The notes under the pieces are model-generated. The model saw only the letters and a program-made list of their open reading frames with translations. It was not told the origin of the DNA and ran no database searches. A program made the translations under genes and the position numbers. From assembly GCA_029210585.1 (NCBI GenBank), contig JARGFP010000006.1, positions 7,949-71,948 on the forward strand: DNA of 64,000 nucleotides, read 5' to 3'. Positions 36,509 to 46,235 of this stretch are shown piece after piece. Numbering within the stretch: the stretch's first letter is position 1; each line of letters starts with the position of its first letter. The stretch comes from Bacteroidales bacterium (GTDB taxonomy: Bacteria; Bacteroidota; Bacteroidia; Bacteroidales; GCA-2748055).

Positions 36509-38545
36509 ATGGATTTCAGGCTCACTTCAGAATACAAACCCACAGGAGACCAGCCGGAAGCGATCAGGCAGCTCATTGAAGGGTTCAGTCTGGGCGAGCA
36601 GTTCCAGACCCTGCTGGGGGTTACCGGATCCGGGAAGACCTTCACTGTTGCCAACGTGGTGCAGGAACTCCGCCGCCCGGTGCTCGTTCTGAGTCACAAC
36701 AAGACCCTGGCCGCACAGCTGTACAGTGAGTTCAAACAATTCTTCCCCGACAATGCCGTGGAGTATTTTGTTTCCTATTACGATTACTACCAGCCGGAGG
36801 CATACATGCCCATCACGGATACCTATATTGAAAAGGACCTTTCCATCAATGATGAGATTGAAAAGCTGCGCCTCAGTACAACCTCATCCCTGCTTTCGGG
36901 CAGAAGCGATGTGATCGTGGTATCATCGGTTTCCTGCCTTTACGGCATCGGGAACCCGGAAGATTTTCACAGTACGAAGATCCAGGTAAAAAAGAATGAG
37001 ACCATCAGCAGGAACGTATTTTTAAGGAAGCTGGTGGACAGTCTGTATGCCAGGAACGAAGTGGACTTCAAACCCGGGACCTTCAGGGTACGGGGTGATA
37101 CGGTGGATGTATACCTGGCTTACAACGATGTGGGATACCGGTTTGAATTCTGGGGAGATGAAATTGAAGCGATCAAATCGATAGACCCCTTTTCCGGGAA
37201 CTTCCTGGAAAATCATGACGAGGTTACCATTTTTCCTGCAAACATTTTCATCACCACGCAGTCGAGAATCAAACAGGCCATCCACCAGATACAGGACGAC
37301 ATGATGCGGCAGGTGGATTTCTTCAAGGAGAATGGAAAATACATCGAGGCCCAGCGGATCGAGGAGCGCGTCACCTATGATCTGGAGATGATCAGGGAAC
37401 TGGGATATTGCCCGGGAATTGAGAACTATTCCCGTTATTTTGACGGGCGGCCGGCAGGAACCCGGCCTTTTTGCCTGCTGGATTATTTTCCGGATGATTT
37501 TATTACCGTGATTGATGAGAGTCATGTGACCATTCCACAGGTCCATGCCATGTATGGCGGCGATCATGCACGCAAGAAGAACCTCGTTGAGTATGGTTTT
37601 CGCCTCCCGGCTGCAGTTGACAACAGGCCATTAAAATTCAACGAATTCGAGGAGTTGATCGGACAGACGCTTTTTGTTTCCGCCACACCGGCCGACTATG
37701 AGCTGGAAAAATGCGGTGGCATATACGTGGAACAGGTGATCCGTCCGACGGGATTACTGGATCCGCTGATCGAAATCCGTCCCAGTCTGAACCAGATCGA
37801 TCACCTGGTAGGTGAGATCAATCAGCGCATAGTGAAGCAGGAACGGGTGCTGGTAACGACCCTTACAAAGCGCATGGCCGAGGAGCTGTCGGCTTACCTG
37901 GAGAAGCTGAATATCAAGACCGCCTATATCCATTCCGATATTGACACCCTGGACCGGGTGGAAATCCTGGACGGTCTGCGGCGCGGCAAATTTGATATCC
38001 TCGTAGGTGTGAATCTCCTGCGCGAAGGACTGGACCTTCCGGAGGTATCGCTGGTGGCGATCCTTGATGCCGACAAAGAAGGATTCCTGAGGTCGGAACG
38101 TTCCCTGACCCAGACAGCAGGACGTGCAGCCAGGCACCTGAATGGCAAGGTGATCATGTATGCAGACAATATTACGCGGTCGATGCAGAAGACCATTGAC
38201 GAAACCAACCGGCGAAGGGAGAAACAATTGTTGTACAACGAGGAAAACGACATTACGCCTACCCAGATCTTCAAGACCAGTGTTTCATTGTTTGAGCAGA
38301 ACAAGGAACTGATCGACCGCAGGGGGGTATATGCTGATCAGGCGAAGACCGATATTGCAGCCGACCCGGTGGTAAAATACATGAACAGGGAAGGGCTGGA
38401 AAAGGCGGTGGAGAATGCCAGGAAGAAGATGGAGGATGCAGCGCGTGAACTGGACTTCATAGCCGCTGCGAAATACCGCGACGAGATGTTTGCCTACAGG
38501 GAAAAGCTGGAGGAAACAGAAGGTCCGAAGAAGAAACACAGGTAG
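36509..38545 (+). CDS. uvrB: Excinuclease ABC subunit B
   Basis: MDFRLTSEYKPTGDQPEAIRQLIEG ... GVTGSGKTFT (Walker A) ... DESH ... the C-terminal UVR motif ELDFIAAAKYRDEM. The track start at 36503 is a TTG overlapping the upstream stop; the ATG at 36509 matches the usual UvrB N-terminus. Confidence 0.97.
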   Translation: MDFRLTSEYKPTGDQPEAIRQLIEGFSLGEQFQTLLGVTGSGKTFTVANVVQELRRPVLVLSHNKTLAAQLYSEFKQFFPDNAVEYFVSYYDYYQPEAYMPITDTYIEKDLSINDEIEKLRLSTTSSLLSGRSDVIVVSSVSCLYGIGNPEDFHSTKIQVKKNETISRNVFLRKLVDSLYARNEVDFKPGTFRVRGDTVDVYLAYNDVGYRFEFWGDEIEAIKSIDPFSGNFLENHDEVTIFPANIFITTQSRIKQAIHQIQDDMMRQVDFFKENGKYIEAQRIEERVTYDLEMIRELGYCPGIENYSRYFDGRPAGTRPFCLLDYFPDDFITVIDESHVTIPQVHAMYGGDHARKKNLVEYGFRLPAAVDNRPLKFNEFEELIGQTLFVSATPADYELEKCGGIYVEQVIRPTGLLDPLIEIRPSLNQIDHLVGEINQRIVKQERVLVTTLTKRMAEELSAYLEKLNIKTAYIHSDIDTLDRVEILDGLRRGKFDILVGVNLLREGLDLPEVSLVAILDADKEGFLRSERSLTQTAGRAARHLNGKVIMYADNITRSMQKTIDETNRRREKQLLYNEENDITPTQIFKTSVSLFEQNKELIDRRGVYADQAKTDIAADPVVKYMNREGLEKAVENARKKMEDAARELDFIAAAKYRDEMFAYREKLEETEGPKKKHR

Positions 38546-38605
38546 CGTAAAACAAACAAGGCCACCGGGTTGCGGCAGCCTTGAATCAATTGATCGAAAT
38601 ACGTT

Positions 38606-39466
38606 TTATCCCAGATACGTCTTTAACAGTTTGCTTCTTGAAGTATGCCTTAACCGTCTGATCGCTTTTTCCTTGATCTGGCGCACACGTTCGCGCGTCA
38701 GGCCAAATTTTTCTCCGATCTCTTCAAGTGTCATTTCCTGACAGGCAATTCCGAAAAAGAGTTTAATGATATCCCGTTCCCTTTCGGTGAGCGTGGCAAG
38801 TGCACGTTCAACCTCGCGGGCGAGGGACTCATTGATCAGGGAATTGTCTGCATTGGGTGAATCATTGTTCACCAACACATCCAAAAGACTGTTGTCTTCA
38901 CCATCTACGAAAGGAGCATCCACGGACACGTGACGGCCGGAGACCCTCAGTGTGTCGGAGACTTTTTCCTTTGGCAGATCCAATGCTTCGGCCAGTTCCT
39001 CGGGCGTGGGTGTACGCTCGTACTGCTGTTCGAATTTCGAAAACGCTTTGTTGATCTTGTTAAGTGAACCAACCTGGTTCAGTGGTAAGCGTACGATCCT
39101 CGATTGTTCAGCAAGGGCCTGAAGTATGGATTGACGGATCCACCATACGGCGTAAGAGATGAACTTGAACCCGCGTGTTTCATCAAACTTTTCAGCTGCC
39201 TTGATCAGTCCCAGGTTTCCTTCATTAATCAGGTCGGGCAAACTCAGCCCCTGGTTCTGGTACTGCTTGGCAACTGAAACGACGAAACGAAGGTTGGCCC
39301 TGGTAAGTTTTTCCAGTGCCTGTCTGTCACCCTTCTTGATCCGTTGTGCCAATTCGACTTCTTCCTCAACAGTGATCAGTTCCTCCTTACCAATCTCCTG
39401 TAAATACTTGTCAAGCGAAGCACTCTCGCGATTGGTAATGGATTTAGTGATCTTTAACTGTCTCAT
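38606..39466 (-). CDS. rpoD: Primary RNA polymerase sigma factor (Bacteroidota short sigma-A type)
   Basis: 286 aa. Region 2 reads [40 protein letters not shown] and [13 protein letters not shown]. Region 4 reads [14 protein letters not shown] ... [28 protein letters not shown]. Confidence 0.95.
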   Translation of the reverse strand: MRQLKITKSITNRESASLDKYLQEIGKEELITVEEEVELAQRIKKGDRQALEKLTRANLRFVVSVAKQYQNQGLSLPDLINEGNLGLIKAAEKFDETRGFKFISYAVWWIRQSILQALAEQSRIVRLPLNQVGSLNKINKAFSKFEQQYERTPTPEELAEALDLPKEKVSDTLRVSGRHVSVDAPFVDGEDNSLLDVLVNNDSPNADNSLINESLAREVERALATLTERERDIIKLFFGIACQEMTLEEIGEKFGLTRERVRQIKEKAIRRLRHTSRSKLLKTYLG

Positions 39467-39545
39467 TTAATTCCTCCTCGAATTTTTACTTTGAAAATTA
39501 AAACCCTGCAAATGTATGACCTTATTCATTTACAGTCAATATAAA

Positions 39546-39585
39546 TAACAAAAATAAAGAAGACCTTTTCCGCAAGGCCTTCTTT
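39546..39585 (-). terminator. Rho-independent terminator downstream of htrA
   Basis: On the minus strand AAAGAAGGCC (39585-39576) pairs with GGTCTTCTTT (39565-39556). This is a 10-bp stem with one G-U pair and a 10-nt loop, followed by ATTTTTGTTATTT. It lies 36 nt after the htrA stop. Confidence 0.7.
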
Positions 39586-39620
39586 ATCATAACGTAAGAG
39601 ATTAATAAGTTAGTATAGAT

Positions 39621-41054
39621 CTACATGCCAAATGCATAATATGATTTTGATCCATCGTTATACACACCCTCAATGATCACTCCTCCATCAACGCCTCGCA
39701 GGATGTCTGATATATCCTTAACGCTGTCGACCGGCTTTTTGTTTACGGAAGTGACCACAAAACCTTTCTTTATACCGACTTTCATGAATTTTCCGGGTTT
39801 AAGGTCAGTGACACGTACGCCGTTGGCAATGCCCAGTTTTTGTTTATCATTAGTGTTTAAAGGTTCAAACCTGGCTCCCAGTACTTCAATGATCTCGTTT
39901 GTCCGCACAATATCTGTACTTCCCTGCATGTTACGCAGAACGACATCAAATTGTTTCATGTTTCCGTTTCTTTTGAGTACAACTTTCACCTTATCCTTGG
40001 GCCTGTACTTGCTGACCTGCTCCTGCAGCTCTGATACGGTATTCACCCTTATACCGTTGATCGAGGTAATGACATCTCCCGGTTTGATTCCGGCATCTTT
40101 GGCTGCGCCGTTCTCACTGAGATCAGTAACGTATACACCTCTGGTATCATCCAATCCCTCTTCCTTTGCCAGTTCAGAGGTAACGTTGGTGATGGTCACC
40201 CCGAGGATGGCCCGCTGCACTTCGCCAAATTCCATCAGGTCACCGACAACTTTCTGCACGATACTTACCGGAATGGCAAACGAGTATCCCGTATAGTTTC
40301 CTGTACGGGAAGCAATGGCCGTATTGATTCCCACCAGCTGACCCAGGGTATTTACAAGGGCACCCCCGCTGTTTCCAGGGTTAACAGCTGCGTCTGTCTG
40401 AATAAATGATTCGATGGAAAAACTGTTGCGGAGGATATTGATATTACGTGCCTTGGCACTTACAATACCTGCTGTTACGGTCGAGGTCAGGTTGTACGGA
40501 TTCCCCACTGCAAGGACCCATTCTCCCATCTGAAGATTGTCTGAATCCCCGTATTTAATTGTAGGCAGACCTTTTTCATCGATCTTGAGCAGTGCCAGGT
40601 CCGTGGTGGGATCAACCCCGATCAGTTCAGCTTTGAACTCCCTCCGGTCGTTCATGGTCACCTGCACTTCATCAGACCCTTCGATCACGTGGTTGTTGGT
40701 TACAATATATCCGTCTTCGCTGATGATCACGCCGGATCCGAATCCCATTACCGGCCGGGACTGGCTCTCGGGTGTGATCCCGAAAAAGAACTCGTACAAT
40801 GGGTTGACTTCCATCTGCCTGAAGGCTGTTGTTTTCACGTGCACCACTGCATTAACAGATGATTCGGCAGCAGCCGTGAAGTCCATGGTAAACCTGTTCT
40901 CAAGTGCAGGAAGACCGATCTGCCGCGCAACGGGCTGGACGGGTACTTCCACAATCTGCTGTTCAGACTGGAAGAACTTTGCATATAAAAAAACAGCAAC
41001 AAATGCTGATACGAGTGTAAAACCAAATAATCCTAAAATTCGTCTCGATTTCAT
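39621..41054 (-). CDS. htrA: Do/HtrA-family periplasmic serine endopeptidase with two PDZ domains
   Basis: 477 aa. The trypsin-fold triad context is TNNHVIEG (His), DLALLKI (Asp), GNSGGALVN (Ser). Two PDZ-like segments follow (GVYVTDLSENGAAKDAGIKPGDVITSING; VRVTDLKPGKFMKVGIKKGFVVTSVN). Confidence 0.93.
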   Translation of the reverse strand: MKSRRILGLFGFTLVSAFVAVFLYAKFFQSEQQIVEVPVQPVARQIGLPALENRFTMDFTAAAESSVNAVVHVKTTAFRQMEVNPLYEFFFGITPESQSRPVMGFGSGVIISEDGYIVTNNHVIEGSDEVQVTMNDRREFKAELIGVDPTTDLALLKIDEKGLPTIKYGDSDNLQMGEWVLAVGNPYNLTSTVTAGIVSAKARNINILRNSFSIESFIQTDAAVNPGNSGGALVNTLGQLVGINTAIASRTGNYTGYSFAIPVSIVQKVVGDLMEFGEVQRAILGVTITNVTSELAKEEGLDDTRGVYVTDLSENGAAKDAGIKPGDVITSINGIRVNTVSELQEQVSKYRPKDKVKVVLKRNGNMKQFDVVLRNMQGSTDIVRTNEIIEVLGARFEPLNTNDKQKLGIANGVRVTDLKPGKFMKVGIKKGFVVTSVNKKPVDSVKDISDILRGVDGGVIIEGVYNDGSKSYYAFGM

Positions 41055-41192
41055 AATTCATGTTTTTTAATGATCCGTTTGAATATATTCAAAATCCGTG
41101 CCCCGAACCAATGTTTCCTCCACTTAACAACCGGGAAGAGAAAAATATTGTAATTTTACGATCCATTTAACCTTTTTTAACGAACCAGCGTT

Positions 41193-41975
41193 TTGAAACT
41201 GCGATTTTACAAATACCACGGTACCGGAAACGACTTCATCATGGTCGACAGCAGAAAAAATGTCATACCAGACCAGTCCCCCAGGCTCATTTCGCGCTTG
41301 TGTGACCGACATTTTGGCATAGGAGCGGATGGATTGATCATCCTGGAGTCATCAAAAACACATGATTTCCGGATGAAATACTTCAATGCCGACGGCTACC
41401 CGGGTACCATGTGCGGCAACGGCGGCAGGTGCATTACAGCTTTTGCACGGAAGTCGGGATGGATCATCAGCAACTGCACCTTTGAAGCTGCCGATGGCAC
41501 CCACAGGGCCGCGGTACTGTCGGACGGGAGGGTGAGACTGGAATTACGGGATGTAAAAGGAGTGCGGAAAATTGAAGAAGGGTACATGATTGATACGGGC
41601 TCCCCTCACCTGGTGATGTTCAGGGATGCAGTGGAGCAACTGGATGTTGCCGGACTGGGAAGAAAATACAGGTACGACCCGCGTTTTGAGCATGGCACAA
41701 ATGTAAATTTCGTGGAACGAACAGGCCGGGGGATCATGGTCAGGACATTTGAAAGAGGTGTGGAAGATGAAACGCTCAGTTGTGGAACCGGGGTAACAGC
41801 TTCCGCAATTGCAGCTTTCCTGGAAACCGGCGCCTTCGGAAATTCCATTGAAGTAACCACCATGGGAGGGATCCTGAAGGTGGATTTCAAGCCGGATCAT
41901 GAAAAAAAGGTGTTCAGGGAGATCTATCTCACCGGACCTGTCACCGAGGTTTTTACCGGCGAAGTGGATGTATGA
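41193..41975 (+). CDS. dapF: Diaminopimelate epimerase
   Basis: 260 aa. (M)KLRFYKYHGTGNDFIMVD, MKYFNADGYPGTMCGNGGRC, GSPHLVMF and LSCGTGVTASA give both catalytic Cys contexts. The start is a TTG at 41193 and I saw no in-frame upstream ATG. Confidence 0.92.
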   Translation: MKLRFYKYHGTGNDFIMVDSRKNVIPDQSPRLISRLCDRHFGIGADGLIILESSKTHDFRMKYFNADGYPGTMCGNGGRCITAFARKSGWIISNCTFEAADGTHRAAVLSDGRVRLELRDVKGVRKIEEGYMIDTGSPHLVMFRDAVEQLDVAGLGRKYRYDPRFEHGTNVNFVERTGRGIMVRTFERGVEDETLSCGTGVTASAIAAFLETGAFGNSIEVTTMGGILKVDFKPDHEKKVFREIYLTGPVTEVFTGEVDV

Positions 41976-42046
41976 TGCTCAGTAACCCGGGGGAATCCAG
42001 GAGGTGCTGCAGACAGGTGTTGACCTGCCACCCAACTTTTTTCTGA

Positions 42047-42529
42047 TTAAGCATCTTTTTGCTGAAGTCGCTCCGCGAATGCGAGGATGCTGTCGAAATC
42101 AATTTCGGGCATCACTTCGAGCCTTTGTTTCTTTCGGGTCATGATCTTTTGCATCAGGTTCATTTTCTTGAAGTTCAGTTCCCCCCCGAAATAGCTTTTT
42201 GCCAACGCATGATCCAGTAAGGGCTTTGGAAAGACGGTCTTGAGCAATTCATCTTCATTTTCACCCGGATCCACACAGCAGATAAACAGTCCGATCTCCA
42301 CCTTCAGCAATTCTTTCAGGTTGTCTTCACAAAACTTACGAACAGCCCGCTGGATCATTCCTTCGTGAATGGACCCGCCGATGATTACGGTACCATATTG
42401 CTCAAAATTGATCTTGCGTCTCCTGGATATCCTGTACATATCGACGTCTTCTCCAAGGTCTTCTTTCAGCCTGCTTGCACATTGTTCTGTGCAACCCAGT
42501 GTTGTTGAGTATGCAATTAATGTCTTCAT
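42047..42529 (-). CDS. Flavodoxin-domain protein (HemG/flavodoxin_5-like)
   Basis: 160 aa. MKTLIAYSTTLGCTEQCA (flavodoxin N-terminal FMN-loop pattern) ... VIIGGSIHEGMIQ. Confidence 0.65.
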   Translation of the reverse strand: MKTLIAYSTTLGCTEQCASRLKEDLGEDVDMYRISRRRKINFEQYGTVIIGGSIHEGMIQRAVRKFCEDNLKELLKVEIGLFICCVDPGENEDELLKTVFPKPLLDHALAKSYFGGELNFKKMNLMQKIMTRKKQRLEVMPEIDFDSILAFAERLQQKDA

Positions 42530-42706
42530 AAATGGTTGCCCGAAGGTTCAAATATAGAATTATCTCACCATCTTACATAATAATCGTGCTTTTTCCGTTA
42601 CTTAACAAAAGCGACACCGTCGAAAGAAACAAAATATGTGAATAACACGTATGACAGGTGTAAATATTTTTTCTATTTTTACTCAGGTATTCAAAAAAAC
42701 AAATGT

Positions 42707-43027
42707 ATGGCACATAAAGAAGCAGCTCCTCCCCGCAAATTTCCGATAATCAATGAAGGAGCAAAACGGAAGCGTGCACAGAAAAAATACCAGATTCCTG
42801 TCATCGGGCACTTTGCCGACCGCAGTGTCGAGTTCAAGAATATTATTGAAGCTGAACGCGTTACGGGCATCAACTATACAATGATCTTTGAAGCATGCAT
42901 CGGAAAAATCTTCAAGGCGCACAATGTGCACTGGGAATTCAAAAAAGGCAACCATTACATCAAATACAAGGCCTTTTATATCAATGCGCAGTCATCATAC
43001 ACACGGAAAACCGGATTTAACGGATAA
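42707..43027 (+). CDS. Small orphan protein with a NUMOD1-like HTH segment (hypothetical)
   Basis: The ATG at 42707 gives MAHKEAAPPRKFPIINEGAKRKRAQKKYQIPVIGHFADRSVEFKNIIEAERVTGINYTMIFEACIGKIFKAHNVHWEFKKG. It has its own terminator at 43059-43087. Local GC looks about 40 percent by eye, against roughly 50 percent elsewhere in the window. Confidence 0.5.
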   Translation: MAHKEAAPPRKFPIINEGAKRKRAQKKYQIPVIGHFADRSVEFKNIIEAERVTGINYTMIFEACIGKIFKAHNVHWEFKKGNHYIKYKAFYINAQSSYTRKTGFNG

Positions 43028-43058
43028 ACACCGGGGACAAAATATACGCATAACCAAG

Positions 43059-43087
43059 AGGGTGTCTTCAAAGGAGGCACCCTTTTT
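43059..43087 (+). terminator. Rho-independent terminator after the small orphan gene
   Basis: AGGGTG (43059-43064), a 13-nt loop, CACCCT (43078-43083), then TTTTT. Confidence 0.65.
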
Positions 43088-43172
43088 ACATTTATAAAAG
43101 ACCTCTTTTCTTTGGGTATTTCTTCGTGAAGTGGTTATTGCTGCGAAAAGAGGTGATGATGCTGATTTTGTA

Positions 43173-45149
43173 TTATCTGCCGGATGTGATTCCCGGCCAG
43201 TCGTCTATCCTGAAAGGACCCGCCGGCAATCCTGCTGCATTGTATAGATTGGCATCGTCAGGGTTGTCGGCCCATGCGTAGCGGACGGCGACGGGAACAT
43301 CCACTGCATCACTGCGAAGATAGATGTTGTTCCCGTATTGCACGCCTTTGGCCCAATGGAATACACGGTCCGCGCCTGCAATGGCGAATCCTTTCACATA
43401 GCCATATTTGTCGCGCACAACCAGTTCGCTGTCCATGGGGTCAAACTGCAGGACCACAGTCGGACCATCGATGGTAAACGTTTGCAGCACCGGACCTGAC
43501 CAGACAACTTCTTTCCCATATATGTCGTGCAATGCTGCGCGTGCCAGCCGCTTTCCCACATCCTGCTTGTTCCGTGGATGGATATCGTTTGCCTCGCCAA
43601 TATCGATGGCAACAGCCATGCCCGTATGCGGAAGGTCAAGTGTCATGGTTTGGGCTTCGCGTAATTCCGCCCAGTCACTTTCTGCCGGTTGGTCTTTCGC
43701 ATCCCTGAAATTGGCCAGTTGCACAAAATAGAACCCCAGTTCCGGGTTGTTCCAATGATTCCTCCAGTCTTTGATAAGGTTCGGGAAAAGCTTCCTGTAC
43801 CGGTAGGCCTGCCCTGCATTTGATTCTCCCTGGTACCAGATGGCACCCAGCACTTCAAAATTCAGCAATGGATGAATCATTCCGTTGAAAAGCAGCGTGG
43901 GTTTTGAGTTGGGAGAAATATTGACGGCCGTGTTCACTGAAAAACCGGCAGAGGAGACCCGGTACTTCCATGTTCCTGAAAGGTTGATGTTTCCGGCAGG
44001 GCTCTGCAGCACCATGGCATCCGGGCTTCCCCAGAACCCCCCATTGCCCCGGTAGTCTTCGATCCTTACCACCACCGTGTTCAACCCGGGTGTAAGGACC
44101 GCAGCCGGCACCTTGTATTCGCGCTCTGCGGCATAGGCATCCATGGTGGAGCCCACCTCCTTTCCGTTGATCCAGGTACGGTCGCTGTCGTCGATGGGAC
44201 CAAGTTTCAGCAACGCATCCTGAGCTGCCTGTTCCTCCGAAAGGGTAATCGTTCTCCTGTACCATACCACTCCGTCGAGTCCGCCCAGTCCGGCATCCTC
44301 CCAGACTCCCGGCACTTTCATTTCCTTCCAGGCAGAAAGGTCCATTGATGGTTCAGCCCACACCGGTTCACCATTGACGATCCCTTCCTCCAGTCCTCCC
44401 AGGGAGGCGATGAATTCCTGCCGTTCCTTCTGGATCCTGGCCTGTAGTTCCCCCGGGCTGACATTTTCAATAGTGGCCACAGCATCCCGCATGACCGGGT
44501 CGGTCTGTGACATTTCCCTGCTGGTCCATGTTTCCACGTTGGTTCCTCCCCAGTTGCTGCTGATCAGCCCGACCGGCACCCCGGTTTCCCTGTGGATCTT
44601 GCGTCCGAAAAAGTATCCGACTGCTGAAAAACCAGGCACGGTTTCCGGGCTGCATACGTTCCATTCTCCTGACGGAATATCGTCTGCAGGCATGAACTGA
44701 ATATTTTTGGGTACGGTGAAGAGCCTGATTTCCGGATGCTCTGCTGCAGCAATCTCTTTCTCTGCGTTGTCGGAGTTCTGAACGGTCCACTCCATGTTGG
44801 ACTGACCGGAACATACCCATACATCTCCTACCAGGATATTCTGCAGGCTGATCGTGTTCTTCCCATCGATCACCATCTCAAACGGACCCCCGGCCTGCAT
44901 GGGCTGCAGGACAACCATCCAGGTTCCGTCCTTCCCTGCACGCACCTGTGTTTCCTGACCGTTAAAAGCAACGGTAACCTTCTCCCGTGCATCGGCCCAG
45001 CCCCAGATGCTGACTTCCCGGTTTCGCTGCAGGACCATATTGCTTCCGATCACCTTTGGAAGTATTACCTCGGCAGACAGGTCTGCTGCTGCAATGATCA
45101 GTCCCATCATCAACAATGCGAGCTGTTTAATGTATGTATTCGTGTTCAT
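43173..45149 (-). CDS. SASA-family carbohydrate 9-O-acetylesterase (sialate O-acetylesterase-like)
   Basis: 658 aa with a signal peptide. GDVWVCSGQSNMEW (GQSN active-site block), ISSNWGGTNVETW, a central beta-sandwich insertion, GAIWYQGESNA and ANDIHPRNKQDVGKRLA. Confidence 0.85.
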   Translation of the reverse strand: MNTNTYIKQLALLMMGLIIAAADLSAEVILPKVIGSNMVLQRNREVSIWGWADAREKVTVAFNGQETQVRAGKDGTWMVVLQPMQAGGPFEMVIDGKNTISLQNILVGDVWVCSGQSNMEWTVQNSDNAEKEIAAAEHPEIRLFTVPKNIQFMPADDIPSGEWNVCSPETVPGFSAVGYFFGRKIHRETGVPVGLISSNWGGTNVETWTSREMSQTDPVMRDAVATIENVSPGELQARIQKERQEFIASLGGLEEGIVNGEPVWAEPSMDLSAWKEMKVPGVWEDAGLGGLDGVVWYRRTITLSEEQAAQDALLKLGPIDDSDRTWINGKEVGSTMDAYAAEREYKVPAAVLTPGLNTVVVRIEDYRGNGGFWGSPDAMVLQSPAGNINLSGTWKYRVSSAGFSVNTAVNISPNSKPTLLFNGMIHPLLNFEVLGAIWYQGESNAGQAYRYRKLFPNLIKDWRNHWNNPELGFYFVQLANFRDAKDQPAESDWAELREAQTMTLDLPHTGMAVAIDIGEANDIHPRNKQDVGKRLARAALHDIYGKEVVWSGPVLQTFTIDGPTVVLQFDPMDSELVVRDKYGYVKGFAIAGADRVFHWAKGVQYGNNIYLRSDAVDVPVAVRYAWADNPDDANLYNAAGLPAGPFRIDDWPGITSGR

Positions 45150-45224
45150 CGTATGGTTATTGGTTATGGTATTGGGGTCTAAATTAAAGAAATCTAATTA
45201 AATTTGGCTCCGCCTCAAGATAAA

Positions 45225-46046
45225 ATGAGCATGGAAAAATTTTCAAACAAGGTAGTATTCGTTACAGGATCCAGCAAGGGAATCGGCCGGACCATCGCGG
45301 AGGAGATGCTACGCAAGGGGGCCAGGGTGGTCCTGAACGGACGCAACCGGGATGTCCTGGAAAAGACAGCGGATGAACTTTCCGGTCCCGGACGCGAGCT
45401 GCTGCAGATCGCTGCTGATGTGTCAGCCCCGGAAGCTTTCAGCAGTGCTCTGGACCAGGTCCTGGAACGGTTTGGCAGGTTGGATATACTGATCCTGAAC
45501 GCGGGGCTCAGTTCGTATGGTGCGGTGGAAAAAACGAGCAACACATCGCTGGAACAGGTAATGCGGGTCAACACTTTCGGCCCCTTCACGGGTGCCCGGA
45601 TTGCACTTCCGCATATAACAGCCTCCCGGGGCAGTATCGTATTTATCTCCTCGCTGGCAGGATTGCATGGCATCCCCTATTCATCGGTATACAGCATGAG
45701 CAAGATGGCACTTACCGCGCTGGCTCAATCGCTTAAGACGGAACTCACCGGCAAAGGCGTGCATATTGGCATCGTATATGTGGGATTTACCCGGAATGAT
45801 CCGGCCAAGACCGCCGTGGCACCTGATGGAACGATCAGGCCGTTGCAGTCAAGGCCCGGCTGGGTACAGCAGTCACCACAGAAGGTGGCCCGACTGATAC
45901 TCCGTAGCATCCGGCGAAGACGCTTCCGAACCACCCTGTCAACCATGGGCAGGCTGATGGCCTTTTTCAGCAGGTATTTTCCCCGGCTCTTCCAGTTTGC
46001 CATGCGCGGAATGCTGAAATCGGCACAGAAACTTACTGCCGAATAA
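45225..46046 (+). CDS. Short-chain dehydrogenase/reductase (SDR) with a basic C-terminal tail
   Basis: ATG at 45225 (MSMEKFSNKVVFVTGSSKGIG is the TGxxxGIG Rossmann motif). NAG, S...YSMSK (YxxxK). The track start at 45204 is a TTG. Confidence 0.85.
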   Translation: MSMEKFSNKVVFVTGSSKGIGRTIAEEMLRKGARVVLNGRNRDVLEKTADELSGPGRELLQIAADVSAPEAFSSALDQVLERFGRLDILILNAGLSSYGAVEKTSNTSLEQVMRVNTFGPFTGARIALPHITASRGSIVFISSLAGLHGIPYSSVYSMSKMALTALAQSLKTELTGKGVHIGIVYVGFTRNDPAKTAVAPDGTIRPLQSRPGWVQQSPQKVARLILRSIRRRRFRTTLSTMGRLMAFFSRYFPRLFQFAMRGMLKSAQKLTAE

Positions 46047-46071
46047 CACCTTTCGGAAGCTGCATGCCAGC

Positions 46072-46162
46072 AGAAACCGGGCAAGAGAAAACCGGCAGGG
46101 AAAACCGGCAGGAGAAATCTGCCAGGGACAACCGGGTAAGGGAAAATCTGTCATTGGAAACC
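46072..46162. repeat. Degenerate 13-14-bp purine-rich tandem repeat (~6.5 units)
   Basis: AGAAACCGGGCAAG / AGAAAACCGGCAGG / GAAAACCGGCAGG / AGAAATCTGCCAGG / GACAACCGGGTAAG / GGAAAATCTGTCATT / GGAAACC. It lies in the 189-bp spacer between the convergent SDR and gnd genes. Confidence 0.8.
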
Positions 46163-46189
46163 TTACAGCGTATTCCTGCCAACATCAAT

Positions 46190-46218
46190 CTGCCGGGACA
46201 ACGCAGTCATCCCGGCAG
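46190..46218. terminator. Perfect 9-bp hairpin between convergent genes (possible bidirectional terminator, no U-tract)
   Basis: CTGCCGGGA (46190-46198), an 11-nt loop, TCCCGGCAG (46210-46218). It lies 18 nt beyond the gnd stop. No T-run follows on either strand. Confidence 0.4.
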
Positions 46219-46235
46219 ATCATTGATCCAATCAA

